From the NCBI GenBank assembly GCA_963815455.1, contig CAWFGO010000005.1:1-64000 (forward strand): 64,000 nt of DNA, written 5' to 3'. Each line of letters opens with the position of its first letter. Within the stretch, counting starts at the first letter, position 1. Positions 38,472 to 48,879 of the stretch are shown here, one piece after another. A program made the position numbers and the translations under genes. This stretch comes from an uncultured Verrucomicrobiae bacterium (GTDB taxonomy: Bacteria > Verrucomicrobiota > Verrucomicrobiia > Chthoniobacterales > UBA10450). The notes beneath the pieces are model-generated. The model saw nothing but the letters and a program-made list of their open reading frames with translations. It did not search any database and had not been told where the DNA came from.

Positions 38472-40955
38472 TCAATCCGGCGACGCCTTCGCTGCGACCT
38501 TTCGCGCGCCAATTTTCTTCGCCCGCGGTGTTTTCGCGGCAAACTCGAATCCGACTTTGCCGTTCTCGAGTTTTAGATGTGCAGAAAATGGGCGGTTTTT
38601 CTTGGAAATGAACTTGGGCAAAAGATCGGTCTTTCCCTCGGTAATGAGCTTCTGCACCTGTTCCTTCGGAATCTCGCGGTGCAGAATCGTTTTGCTCACG
38701 CGGAAACTGCAGGTCTTTGGCGAGGCTACGGCATTTTCGCAGGCGTAAGCCCGGTCGAGGACATAAATCTGGCCTTTGTGGCAAATGGGACATGGCCCGA
38801 GCGCTTCGTGTTTTTCGGCATCGATCTGAACGTGCCCGTCTTGGGAGCCTTCGCCGAAGTCGAATGCCTGCTTGAATTCCTCCCCCAGTTTTACGATCGC
38901 GCTGAAAGGGCGGCCCATTTTGCTGCGAAAGCGCTCCAACGGTCCTACCTTGCCTTCGGTCAGGAGCTTCTCCATCTCCTCGCGTTCGAAGAGCCGGCCC
39001 GCCATCGTCTTCCAAATGATCAAGCCGCAGGATCGACACTTAAACGTGCGATAGTCCTCGTCGAAAGGTCCGCCGCCGCACTTTGGGCACTTCACTTCCA
39101 ACGTCTCGAAATCGCCGCTGATCGTGTCGCCCTCAAAGTTTTTCGCTTTTTCGACAATCTCGCGCGTAAACGCCTTGATCTCGGTCATGAATTCTTTGCG
39201 CTTCAACGCGCCTTGTTCCATGCGTTTGAGCTTGGATTCCCATTCACCGGTCATTTCCGGTGAGCACAGCGCCGAAGCGCCGATCCCGCGCAGAAGTGTG
39301 ATCAACGCCATCCCCTTGGCTGTTGCGATCAGGTCGCGTCCCTGCCGATAAACGTAGCCATCGAGAATCAAGCCCTCGATAATCGCGGCCCGGGTGGCCG
39401 GTGTGCCGAGTCCTTTGGCCCGCATCGCTTCGCGTAGTTCTTCGTCCTCGACCAGTTTGCCCGCGCCTTCCATGGCCGAGAGCAGCGTGGCTTCGTTGAA
39501 ACGCGCCGGCGGTTTCGTTTCGTTTTCCGCGACCTCGATGTCGAGAACCTTTGCCGGCTCGTTTGGCGCAATCGCCACCAAAGTCTCGCCGCTTTCGTCC
39601 TGAACCGCGCTTCCCTTGCCGTAAACGGCCAGCCAGCCGGGATCTTTAATGATTTTGCCTTCGGTCTTGAACGCGTCCTTGTCCACGCGCGTGATCCGGG
39701 TGGTGACCTCGAACTGCGCCGCTGGGAAAAAGACGCTGATAAAACGGCGCACGATCATGTCGTAAATTTTCTGCTGGACCTCGTCCAAGCCGTGCGGCGC
39801 GGTCCCAGTGGGCACGATGGCGAAGTGATCGGAGATCTTCGCGTTATTGAAAATGCGCTTGGAAGGCTTGACCCATTTGTTATCCAGCGCCGTGCGCGCG
39901 TGAGGATTGTCGATCTTGCCCAATGTCGACTTGACGGTCGCGAGATAGTCTTCCGGCAAATAACGCGAATCGGTTCGCGGATAGGTCACAACCTTGAAAC
40001 GCTCGTAAAGTTGCTGCGTGATTTGCAGCGTCCGCTTCGCGCTAAACCCGCGGCCATTGGCATCGCGTTGCAAACTGGTCAGGTCGTAGAGCAACGGCGG
40101 CGCCTGCGTTGTTGGTTTGCGTTCCTCACTCGCGACTCCCGTTTTCCCCAGGCAACGGTTCTTGATCTCTTCGGCGGCGGTCTTATCCCAAATCCGCTCG
40201 GCCCGCGCGTCCTCATCGCCATCCTTGGAAAATTCTTCACGGAACCATCGGCCCCGATATTCACCAGCTGCGACCCCGAAATCGCCAAAAACCTCAAAGT
40301 AAGGGCGGGACCTAAAGTGATGAATCTTGTCCTCGCGCTCGGCCAGAATGGCGAGCGTGGGAGTTTGCACCCGGCCGACTGGGGTGAGTTGGAAACCACC
40401 GGTCTTATTATTAAACGCGGTCATCGCGCGTGTTCCATTGATCCCCACCAGCCAATCGCTTTCGGAGCGGCAAACCGCGGCCTCGGATAGCGGGATCATT
40501 TCCTCATTCGAGCGCAAATGTTCAAACGCCGCCCGGATCGATTCTGCCGTCATTGATTGCAGCCACAAGCGCCGGACCGGTTTGTCGATCCCGCTCAGTT
40601 TCACCAGATACCGGAAGATCAGCTCGCCTTCGCGGCCGGCGTCGCAGGCATTGATCAGAAGATCGACATCTTTCCGCTGCATCAAGCGTTTTAGCAGGTT
40701 GAAACGCGGCTTAGACTTCTCGATTGGCCTGAGATCGAATTCTTCGGGAATAATAGGGAGATTAGCGAAGCTCCATTTGCCCCGTTTCACGTCCATTTCG
40801 CTGGGCAAAGCGAGCTCCACCAGGTGCCCGATCGCCGAAGAAATGACAGATTTATCGCTCTCGTAATAGTCGTCGTGTTTCTTAAAACCGCCGAGGGCGC
40901 GAGCCAGATCGCTGGCTACGCTGGGCTTCTCGGCAATGATGAGTGACTTGGCCAT
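38472..40955 (-). CDS. topB: DNA topoisomerase III
   Basis: IIAEKPSVA, ACDAGREGELIF, GRVQTPTL, TYPRTDS, GLGTPATRA, C-terminal repeats. Confidence 0.93.
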   Translation of the reverse strand: MAKSLIIAEKPSVASDLARALGGFKKHDDYYESDKSVISSAIGHLVELALPSEMDVKRGKWSFANLPIIPEEFDLRPIEKSKPRFNLLKRLMQRKDVDLLINACDAGREGELIFRYLVKLSGIDKPVRRLWLQSMTAESIRAAFEHLRSNEEMIPLSEAAVCRSESDWLVGINGTRAMTAFNNKTGGFQLTPVGRVQTPTLAILAEREDKIHHFRSRPYFEVFGDFGVAAGEYRGRWFREEFSKDGDEDARAERIWDKTAAEEIKNRCLGKTGVASEERKPTTQAPPLLYDLTSLQRDANGRGFSAKRTLQITQQLYERFKVVTYPRTDSRYLPEDYLATVKSTLGKIDNPHARTALDNKWVKPSKRIFNNAKISDHFAIVPTGTAPHGLDEVQQKIYDMIVRRFISVFFPAAQFEVTTRITRVDKDAFKTEGKIIKDPGWLAVYGKGSAVQDESGETLVAIAPNEPAKVLDIEVAENETKPPARFNEATLLSAMEGAGKLVEDEELREAMRAKGLGTPATRAAIIEGLILDGYVYRQGRDLIATAKGMALITLLRGIGASALCSPEMTGEWESKLKRMEQGALKRKEFMTEIKAFTREIVEKAKNFEGDTISGDFETLEVKCPKCGGGPFDEDYRTFKCRSCGLIIWKTMAGRLFEREEMEKLLTEGKVGPLERFRSKMGRPFSAIVKLGEEFKQAFDFGEGSQDGHVQIDAEKHEALGPCPICHKGQIYVLDRAYACENAVASPKTCSFRVSKTILHREIPKEQVQKLITEGKTDLLPKFISKKNRPFSAHLKLENGKVGFEFAAKTPRAKKIGARKVAAKASPD

Positions 40956-41104
40956 GGGGGCAGAAATCGAAGCGCAGTTTTAGGGTAATTGCAAATCGGG
41001 TAGAGCAAGTCGCGGGCGAGGAAGTCGTTAGGAGCTATAAAATTCCAATCCCTATCGGCCAAGATTCAGTTTGTCGATCCTCGATTCGTGATCCAAAAGA
41101 AGGC

Positions 41105-41806
41105 ATCAACCAGAGCACCACCTCATATCAACAGCCGGAGCGGGTCCGGCAAATGTTCGGATCGATCGCCGCCCGCTACGATTTGGCCAATCATCTCCTG
41201 AGCTGCGGGATCGATTTCTACTGGCGCAAACGGGTCGCTGACATCGTGGCGAGCTGGCAGCCGAAGACGATTGTCGATCTTGCCACCGGCACGGGCGATT
41301 TGGCGCTGGCGTTACAAAAGAAACTGCCCGAGGCCGAAATCACCGGCGCCGATTTTCTGCCGGAAATGCTGGAACTCGCGAAGCGCAAAGGTGTGCGCCA
41401 GACCATTGTGGCCGATGCAATGAACCTGCCTTTTCCCGATTCCTTGTGCGATTGCGTCACCGTCGCCTTTGGCTTGCGCAACATGGAGAATTGGAGCGGC
41501 GCACTGCGCGAAATGTCGCGAGTGTTACACGCGGGCGGGCATCTGGCTGTGCTTGAATTCTCGCTACCGACGATGTCGATCTTGCGCGGCATTTATCGCT
41601 TTTATTTGCATCGCGGCCTCCCGTTGCTCGGGTCGATGCTGACCAAACAAAAGCGCGCCTATGATTATCTGGGCGACTCGATTGAAGAATTCCCCAGCGG
41701 CGACGTGATGCTGGCCTTGATTGAAGGGAGCGGATTTAACGACGCGCGCGCCGAAGCGCTCACCGGCGGGATCGTGACGATTTACACCGCGGCGAAATTG
41801 GAATGA
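41105..41806 (+). CDS. ubiE: UbiE/MenG ubiquinone/menaquinone methyltransferase (start uncertain; first ATG 41153)
   Basis: MFGSIAARYDLANHLLS, DLATGTGD, VAFGLRN, YDYLGDSIEEFP. Confidence 0.85.
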   Translation: MNQSTTSYQQPERVRQMFGSIAARYDLANHLLSCGIDFYWRKRVADIVASWQPKTIVDLATGTGDLALALQKKLPEAEITGADFLPEMLELAKRKGVRQTIVADAMNLPFPDSLCDCVTVAFGLRNMENWSGALREMSRVLHAGGHLAVLEFSLPTMSILRGIYRFYLHRGLPLLGSMLTKQKRAYDYLGDSIEEFPSGDVMLALIEGSGFNDARAEALTGGIVTIYTAAKLE

Positions 41807-41812
41807 CGGAGC

Positions 41813-43663
41813 CTAAGGCGTTGCGCTTGGGCTGGGCGCAGGAGTAGGGGAGGAGGCGGGAGATGCCGCCGCCTGGCTCACCAGGGGCAATTTGAGCGCA
41901 CCGAAATCCGGATTGCTGATGACGAACGTGCCTTGTCGATCATCCACGTGCGCGAACCACATACCGTCCCCGGCAGAGGCGCCGATCTTCAGCGTTCGCG
42001 AATCGGTTTTTTCCGGTCCGTACATGAACGCGATTGTGATCTGGGGCTTGTCCAGACCATGTTGAGGCGTCGTGGCCCCGACCCAGCGCACCGCCCGCAG
42101 ACTCGACAATGTGTTGATCAGTGATTGCACGTTGGCTTGATTGATCTCGCCCTCACCCTGGAGCCAGCGCCATTGCTTTTTCTCGTCGCGTTCCATCCAG
42201 CGCTCTTTGTCGGTGGCAACGCTGAAGCGGTGAATTTGTTCGGGCTTGAATTGGAAGATCGACAATTCCTCCCATTGCACCGGGTCGGCAAAAATCTGGT
42301 CGAGGATTTCTCGACGCACCGTGACGATGAATGGCTCATCGTCGACGCGCGCGTAAACGTGGTCGCCCTCCACCTTGCCGAACGCGACCGTCGCGAATGG
42401 GCGCTCGCCCGCTTTGGTTTCGGGAGTGTTCTCGGATGCGAACGAACTGAAGATCACCTGCAGCTGCGGTTTATCGAGTCCGTATTTCGCCAGGTTCGAT
42501 GCAATATCCTCCACGAACTTGGCGACTTGTTCGTTTTGCATCGTGTTAATCAGACGGGTGACTTCGCTTGAATTTGCCGGCGCGTTGTTCAGGCTGGCGA
42601 TGTTCCAGGTTTCCTTGTTGCGGGCCAGCACCGTCTTGCCTTTGCCAGGCGCATCGATGGTGATCCGGTCGAGAATGTTCGTGTCGATCCGGACCAGATG
42701 GCGATCACGAAGGTCATCTGGTTTCGTGTTGAGGATCTCTTCGATTTTCTTCGGCAATGTGTAAACAAAACCGCGCGCCGTAAACCGCGCGTAAACTTGC
42801 TCCTTTTCTCCCGGATTGCCGATCTGAAGCATCTGGCCCTGCTCGCCAGCCCGTCCGGCGGGTTTTTCATTCTCCTGAAACAGCGTGATCGACCCGCGCG
42901 GCTCGGCCAAACCGTAGGGATGCAGATCGCCGCCATCAGTGGCCACAAATTTTTCAATCCGCGCATTGGTAACTTGCGCGATCAGATCGTTCACTTTCTG
43001 ATCGTCGCCTCTCGCCCGCAGCGGCTTCACGATTTCCCAGTGATCGGCTTTCTTCTGCAGTTCCATTTCGCCGGCTCTTGTCTTTAACACGACTCGCGCC
43101 ACCTGGGCCGGGGTCAAATCGGTCAATCGCTTGTCGCGAAATTCCTCCGGCTTTTTCTCGATCTCCTTCCGAACCGATTGACCCACCAGGTACGACTCCT
43201 TCGAATTCTCGAAGCGCACATACATTTTTCCTTCCAGGGCCGCGTCTTTGCCGAACAGAATTTCCGGGGGCGCTCCTTCGCCGATCAACTTCAGGCGCAG
43301 CTTGGCCCTGTTCAGTCCGTACTCAGCCAGCTTGTTCTTGTCCGCCTCGATTTCTTTCGCGGAAATGGTTCCCTCCTTCTGCCAGCCATCGAGATCGGAA
43401 AGCAAATTCTGAATCAAGGAGGCATCGGCCTGGTCTTTAATGGGAGTTTCAAGACGCCATTTGTCGTCTTTTCGGCGGATGTCGATCTTGTCGTCGCCAT
43501 TTTGAATCACAATGCCGCGGATTTTGTCGCGGTCGAAATTGACCACGTTCAGCGATTGCCGCGCTGCTTCCGCGGTGTCGGGCCGCCGCAATTCGTAGTA
43601 CTTGAGGTAAAGACCGAGCCCGACAACGACGACGAGCAAACCTACGGTGGTTTTCCAGTTCAT
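41813..43663 (-). CDS. DUF4340 domain protein (three repeats), ABC-system associated
   Basis: N-terminal TM; repeated YGL.KP and RD(K/R).L motifs. Confidence 0.8.
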   Translation of the reverse strand: MNWKTTVGLLVVVVGLGLYLKYYELRRPDTAEAARQSLNVVNFDRDKIRGIVIQNGDDKIDIRRKDDKWRLETPIKDQADASLIQNLLSDLDGWQKEGTISAKEIEADKNKLAEYGLNRAKLRLKLIGEGAPPEILFGKDAALEGKMYVRFENSKESYLVGQSVRKEIEKKPEEFRDKRLTDLTPAQVARVVLKTRAGEMELQKKADHWEIVKPLRARGDDQKVNDLIAQVTNARIEKFVATDGGDLHPYGLAEPRGSITLFQENEKPAGRAGEQGQMLQIGNPGEKEQVYARFTARGFVYTLPKKIEEILNTKPDDLRDRHLVRIDTNILDRITIDAPGKGKTVLARNKETWNIASLNNAPANSSEVTRLINTMQNEQVAKFVEDIASNLAKYGLDKPQLQVIFSSFASENTPETKAGERPFATVAFGKVEGDHVYARVDDEPFIVTVRREILDQIFADPVQWEELSIFQFKPEQIHRFSVATDKERWMERDEKKQWRWLQGEGEINQANVQSLINTLSSLRAVRWVGATTPQHGLDKPQITIAFMYGPEKTDSRTLKIGASAGDGMWFAHVDDRQGTFVISNPDFGALKLPLVSQAAASPASSPTPAPSPSATP

Positions 43664-43676
43664 GGCCCGGGGAGAA

Positions 43677-45210
43677 TCAGGTGCGGCGCTGCCACCAAAC
43701 GAGGCCGCCGATCACGGCCGGGATTAACGGAATCAGCACCAGGATGATCCACCGCAGGTTGCGCAAAGCATCCTCGCTCAATCGGAACGTCAGCGCTTTG
43801 GCAACTTTCGGCGCAATGCCGATGAGCTGCTCACGGCTGAGGAGCCAGTTAATGCTCCCGGAAACGAAATCGAGCCCTTGCTGATCCTGGGTAAGAGCAT
43901 TGTCCTGAACGAACGTCGCGTTGCCAACAACGATCATGCGCGCTGAATTGACTTGAACGCGCTCGTCCGCGCTGCCGCCTTGTTCGATCGCGGCCGCCGA
44001 TAATTATCGGCGGCGCGCCGGAAGATTTGGTGGCGTCGGCCTGAAATTTCGCCTGATCATTCGAGTTGTAATCGGTCTCGGCAAAGTAGTTTTTCTCGGC
44101 CTGGATCAACGGCTTGATCTGGATATTGGCCGCGCGCACTCGATCGGGCTCGAGAGTGAGCGAGCAGGTGCCGCCGAAAAATAGTCCGCGCGCGCCAGCC
44201 AGTCGTTTGGTGACGGGACTACCTCCCAGGAAAAGAGCCTGCACGTCGCGGGTAATCGCCACTTCCTGGATCCCCGTTCGCAAGAAAGCCATTAGCCGGT
44301 CGTCGTTCACTTTCAATCCGCGCTCGGCGAGGAATGCCGTCAACTTTGGTGTTTTGGCCGCGGGATCGAATAACAACAGCACCCGCCCCTGTTTGTCCCA
44401 GAAATCGTGCAGTAATTTCATTTCGCGATCCGAAAAATCGTATTGCGGTCCCACGATCATGATCGCCTTCATCTCGGGTGGAATCGCGCCGACCTCGAAC
44501 AGATTCAATTCCTGAAACTTGACATTCTCGTTCTCGATAAATGTCTTGAGGATCGAGATGGGTGAACCGGCCTGCGGCGGGCCGCCGAATGGCGCCGGCG
44601 TCGGCTCCGCAATCGACGGTTCCTTGTGGCCGGTTACGTAACCGACGACATTCTTCTTGCCCTCGAGCAAATCCATCATCGCGCTGGTGATGGCTTGTTC
44701 GCCTTTGAACCCAACTACGCGAGGGCCTTCGCCGAACATCGCAGCGCTGCGGTCGATCTCAGCCATTTCTGTTTCCTTGACGGTTTTGTTGCGTCCGTCG
44801 TAATCGATCACCAGCAGTGGTTCATCCGTAACGACTTTGTATTTTTCGAACAACTCCTTCGCTCGAGAGAGATTCCGCTTCGGATCGACGTATTCGATGT
44901 CGATCTTGCCTTTGCCCGCGTATTGATACTCGGTCAGCAGGTTTATTACATCCGCGGTCAAAGCGGAGTCGGGCGGGAAAAAATTGGTGATGCGAACCTT
45001 GTCCTTCACTGTGGTCAGGAATCGCTTCGTCTTGTCGGAGAGGGCGTATTTCTGGTCGCGCGAGAAATCCCAGCGCTTGTAATGCTTGAATGCGATCGAA
45101 TTGATCATCAAGACCAGGAGCGTCAGGAGAAACGCTTGCGCGAGAACGTTTACTCCGATCTGAACGCGGCGGATTTTCTTTGGCTTCGGCGTTTGCTCTG
45201 GTTCGGCCAT
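43677..45210 (-). CDS. GldG-like ABC auxiliary component (apparent frameshift about 43995)
   Basis: WDFSRDQKYALSDKT, YVDP, GEQAITSA, GHKEPS, C-terminal TM ending WWQRR in ORF 43677-43937. Confidence 0.82.
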
Positions 45211-45212
45211 TG

Positions 45213-45968
45213 TCACAGCCTCCATTTGCGGGTTTGAAGCGCCTGATAGGTCAATGCCAGCATCAGAAAAGTCATGCTGAGGTAGAGCACGACGGGTCGG
45301 GTATCGATGATGCCGCGCGACAGCGTTCCCATGTGCTCGATCGCCGAGAAATAGCCCAGCAGGTCGGCTGTCGTTGAGCTCACGTCGAGAAGAAGAAACC
45401 TAATCAGGCCAAGGAAAAACAGGAGCGTGATTGCGCAGAAAGAAATGACCGCGGCAATGATCTGGTTCTTGGTCAGCACCGAAGCGAAGCAGCCCACCGA
45501 GAGGTAGAACATCCCCAGCAACAACAGCATCAGATAGGTGCCCCAGTAGGCGCCGGCCGATCCTCCCGCAGCTTCGCCGGTCATTCGTTGAAAAATTGCG
45601 AAATAGAGAAGCGTCGGGATCCAAAGCACGATATAAAACACGAGCGCGCCGAAAAATTTCGCCAGCACAACCTGCAAGTCGCGCACCGGCGCAGTCATCA
45701 AGGGTTCGATGGTGCCGAGCTTAAATTCCTCGGCAAACAGGCGCATGGTGATGAGGGGAAAAATCAGGACGAAAGCGAACCAGAAAAACACCGAATTAAA
45801 AAATGCCTCCTGCACGGTGTATTCCACCGGGCGCTGGTTCATGAAAGAGATCTGGAGACAGAAATCGACCCCGCTCACGAGCAGGAAGAAGATGAGAACG
45901 ATGTAGGCGACGGGGGAGTAGAAGTAGCCCCGAATTTCGCGAGTGAGGAGTGTCCAGAATTTTCTCAT
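45213..45968 (-). CDS. ABC transporter permease (GldF-like)
   Basis: REIRGYFYSPVAY, PLITMRLFAEEFKLGTIEPLMTAP, TKNQIIAA. Confidence 0.88.
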   Translation of the reverse strand: MRKFWTLLTREIRGYFYSPVAYIVLIFFLLVSGVDFCLQISFMNQRPVEYTVQEAFFNSVFFWFAFVLIFPLITMRLFAEEFKLGTIEPLMTAPVRDLQVVLAKFFGALVFYIVLWIPTLLYFAIFQRMTGEAAGGSAGAYWGTYLMLLLLGMFYLSVGCFASVLTKNQIIAAVISFCAITLLFFLGLIRFLLLDVSSTTADLLGYFSAIEHMGTLSRGIIDTRPVVLYLSMTFLMLALTYQALQTRKWRL

Positions 45969-45983
45969 GACACGCGGGAGCTT

Positions 45984-46098
45984 GTCATCCCGAGCCGCGC
46001 AGACGGCGAGGGATCTCGCGCAAGCTGTTTCGTTTGCGCGAGACCAGTTGCCTGGCCCAGGCAATTTTCGCGAGATCCTTCGCTTCGCTCAGGATGAC
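45984..46098. repeat. Palindromic GTCATCCYGAGC...GCTCAGGATGAC element (MITE/REP-like)
   Basis: Terminal inverted repeats plus internal AGGGATCTCGCG / CGCGAGATCCTT; relatives at 58240 and 60391. Confidence 0.8.
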
Positions 46099-46142
46099 GA
46101 GCAATTGGTGTTGAATCGATATTTGGCACGTTTGTCATGGTG

Positions 46143-47078
46143 TCACACCTGATCCGAGTGCGTAATCTCCACGAACACGTCTTCGAGCGTTGCCCGTCGC
46201 TGCGATAGCTCGCGCACGATCCACCTGCGTGTTGTGGCCAGCCGGAAAATTTCTTCGCGAACATCGGCGCCAGATTCCACGCGAAGGGAGAATTTCTTCC
46301 AATCACCATCGACATCGGTGATCACATCGCGCACGCCGGAAATCTTCTTCAATTCTTCCGCGCCATTGTCGTTTCCCACTTTCGCCTCCACAATTACGCC
46401 ACCAGCCTGGCGGATTCGGCCGAGCAAATTTGCCGGCGTGTCGCAGGCTTCGATCCGGCCTTTGTGAATGATGATGACCCGGCTGCAAGTCATCTCCACT
46501 TCCGGCAGGATATGGGTGGAAAGCAGGATGGTGTGCTGCTTCCCGAGGTTTTTGATCAGTTCGCGCACTTGCCGGATCTGATTTGGATCGAGACCGATGG
46601 TCGGTTCGTCGAGAATGAGCAGGTCGGGTTCGGCAACCAGCGCGTCGGCCAGGCCAACCCGTTGCCGGTAACCCTTGGAGAGAGTGCCGATCAATTTTTT
46701 CTCCACGTCTTTCAACCCGCAAAGTTCCTTCACGTCGCCGACTCGCTCGTCTACGCGCCGGTGAGGCACGCCTTTAAGAGCCGCGCGATAATCGAGATAC
46801 TCCGTCACGCGCATATCATTATAGAGAGGGACGTTTTCGGGCATGTAACCGAGATGAGCCCGGGCCTGTAGCGATTGAGTAAAAATGTCGAAGCCGGCGA
46901 TGGTGGCGCGTCCCGACGTAGCTGGCATGAAGCTGGCCAGAATCCGCATGGTGGTGGTCTTGCCTGCGCCGTTCGGCCCGAGAAATCCCATGATCTCGCC
47001 CTTGCCGACCTCGAAGTTGAGATCCTTGATCGCGGTGTGGCCGGCGTATCGCTTGGTGAGATTTTCGACTTTAATCAT
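46143..47078 (-). CDS. ABC transporter ATP-binding protein (GldA-like)
   Basis: GPNGAGKTT, LSKGYRQRVG, ILDEPT, STHIL. Confidence 0.92.
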   Translation of the reverse strand: MIKVENLTKRYAGHTAIKDLNFEVGKGEIMGFLGPNGAGKTTTMRILASFMPATSGRATIAGFDIFTQSLQARAHLGYMPENVPLYNDMRVTEYLDYRAALKGVPHRRVDERVGDVKELCGLKDVEKKLIGTLSKGYRQRVGLADALVAEPDLLILDEPTIGLDPNQIRQVRELIKNLGKQHTILLSTHILPEVEMTCSRVIIIHKGRIEACDTPANLLGRIRQAGGVIVEAKVGNDNGAEELKKISGVRDVITDVDGDWKKFSLRVESGADVREEIFRLATTRRWIVRELSQRRATLEDVFVEITHSDQV

Positions 47079-47137
47079 GCTCCGGTGTTTTTATGAGACA
47101 ACTCAAGTCTTATCACGTTGCGAAAATTTTCCGAAAG

Positions 47138-48289
47138 TCAACGGGCGGTGAGAGTCAAGGTTTCCACCCGCTGGCCGCGCCCGCGCGAGCGGACCACGCC
47201 AACGGCAAGATCGATATTCGTCCCGCTGCGCACCCGGCTGAGCAACCCCTCGACCTGCCGGACGGAATTTACGTCGTATGTGCCGATGCGATAGATAACA
47301 AGCCCGCGCTCGATCCCCGCTTGGTCCGCCGGGCTGTCGGGCTCAACTGAAGCGACCAGAACGCCGCGCCCGGGCGCGTAACCGAGAGCATTGGTTAGTT
47401 CGTCGGTGAGATCCTGAAGCTGCATTCCCAGCAAGCGCTCCACGTTCGATACCGATGTTTCGTTGGGTGCGGCCTGTTTTTCCGGTGGCGGCTGTTTCTG
47501 CGCGACTTTTTTGAATTCAGTAACCGTATCGCGCACGATATTGGCCGGGATGGCGAAGCCGAGTCCCTGTGTCGGCACGCCTTGCGGGGTAAAAGCCATT
47601 TTTGCCGAACTCATCCCAACCAGGCGACCGGAAAGATCGACCAGCGGGCCGCCGCTGTTGCCTGGATTAATGGCGGCGTCGGTCTGGACCAGGTCCTTGT
47701 ATTCGATGTTGTCGATGGTGATGTCGCGTTTGAGCGCGCTAAGCACCCCGCGGCTGATCGAGCTGCCATATCCGACCGCGTTGCCCACTACAATAACGGT
47801 TTGCCCGAGCAGGTTCGGGGAAATGTTATCGAGGCTGATGTACGGAAGATCGACTTTGGGGTCGATCTTGATCAGGGCCAGGTCCTTCTTTTCGTCACCG
47901 GTGATGAAATGCGCGTTGTAGGTCTTGCCGTTCTCGGTCGTGACCTGGATTTTCAAGTCGGCGGCCCGTTCGACGACGTGCTGGTTTGTCACGATGTAGC
48001 CAACAGGATCGACAATGAAACCGGACCCGAGACTTTGCACCCGCTGGCGAATCTCCCGCGGCCTGGCCCGATAGTTCCCAAAGAACTGAGCGTAGAAATC
48101 TTCGAAGGGATCGCGGACCTGCCGTCGAAGAACGCGCTCGGTGTTAATGCTCACCACGGCCGGCAAAACTTTGGCGACCGCCAAAACGCCCGGCTCGGAC
48201 GCCGCCTCAGTAAGAGCCGTTTGCGCAAAAGCGGATACGGATGATGCGAGGATCAAGACTGCGGTCAGGACTTTCCCTTGAGTTTTCAT
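47138..48289 (-). CDS. HtrA/DegP-like serine protease with PDZ domain
   Basis: GSGFIV, TNQHVV, DLALIK, QTDAAINPGNSGGPL. Confidence 0.92.
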   Translation of the reverse strand: MKTQGKVLTAVLILASSVSAFAQTALTEAASEPGVLAVAKVLPAVVSINTERVLRRQVRDPFEDFYAQFFGNYRARPREIRQRVQSLGSGFIVDPVGYIVTNQHVVERAADLKIQVTTENGKTYNAHFITGDEKKDLALIKIDPKVDLPYISLDNISPNLLGQTVIVVGNAVGYGSSISRGVLSALKRDITIDNIEYKDLVQTDAAINPGNSGGPLVDLSGRLVGMSSAKMAFTPQGVPTQGLGFAIPANIVRDTVTEFKKVAQKQPPPEKQAAPNETSVSNVERLLGMQLQDLTDELTNALGYAPGRGVLVASVEPDSPADQAGIERGLVIYRIGTYDVNSVRQVEGLLSRVRSGTNIDLAVGVVRSRGRGQRVETLTLTAR

Positions 48290-48807
48290 AGCTGCTTGAC
48301 GATTTCTGCTGGAACGAGGTGACGCATCTTTGGATACGCTTCGGCGATTCGCATCAGATCGAGCTCGTCCTTCTTCCGCTTAGTTGATCTGCGCTTTTCG
48401 TCCTCCCACGCCCAAACCTTCCCGCGAATAATATTTTCCAGCTGCGCGACTGGAACAGGAATCCCGAGAACTTCGCGTTCGGTGGTGTCCTTAACAAAAT
48501 CCTGATAACGAGCGTCAGTTGTGAATTGGACATTGAGTTTGCTCCCGGAACGTTGCGCATTCATTGAGTGCTCGGATCGCTTAACCTCCTTAAATCCAGC
48601 TTCTTCGAGCTCCCGCCCAATTTGTGAAAGTTTCGTTGTCACCACGACAAGATCGACATCGACGGTATAAACAGGCTCGACGTAGCAATTGACCGCTAGC
48701 CCGCCAATCAGGCACCACGGCTTGTTCCGATTCAGAATCGTGACGACGCCGGCGAAATCGCTCGCCCCGCCGTTTGTTACCGATTCATAAATTTCTGTCG
48801 CCGTCAT
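48286..48807 (-). CDS. Nucleotidyltransferase-fold protein
   Basis: CLIGGLAVN...TVDVDLVV motif and C-terminal R..KD..DL. Confidence 0.65.
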   Translation of the reverse strand: MTATEIYESVTNGGASDFAGVVTILNRNKPWCLIGGLAVNCYVEPVYTVDVDLVVVTTKLSQIGRELEEAGFKEVKRSEHSMNAQRSGSKLNVQFTTDARYQDFVKDTTEREVLGIPVPVAQLENIIRGKVWAWEDEKRRSTKRKKDELDLMRIAEAYPKMRHLVPAEIVKQL

Positions 48808-48879
48808 GCGCAGCAAGTAACGAGTCCGGCCCAAGCCTGTCAACTTGCCGGCCTGCGTATTGGCTGCAGATTAACCATC

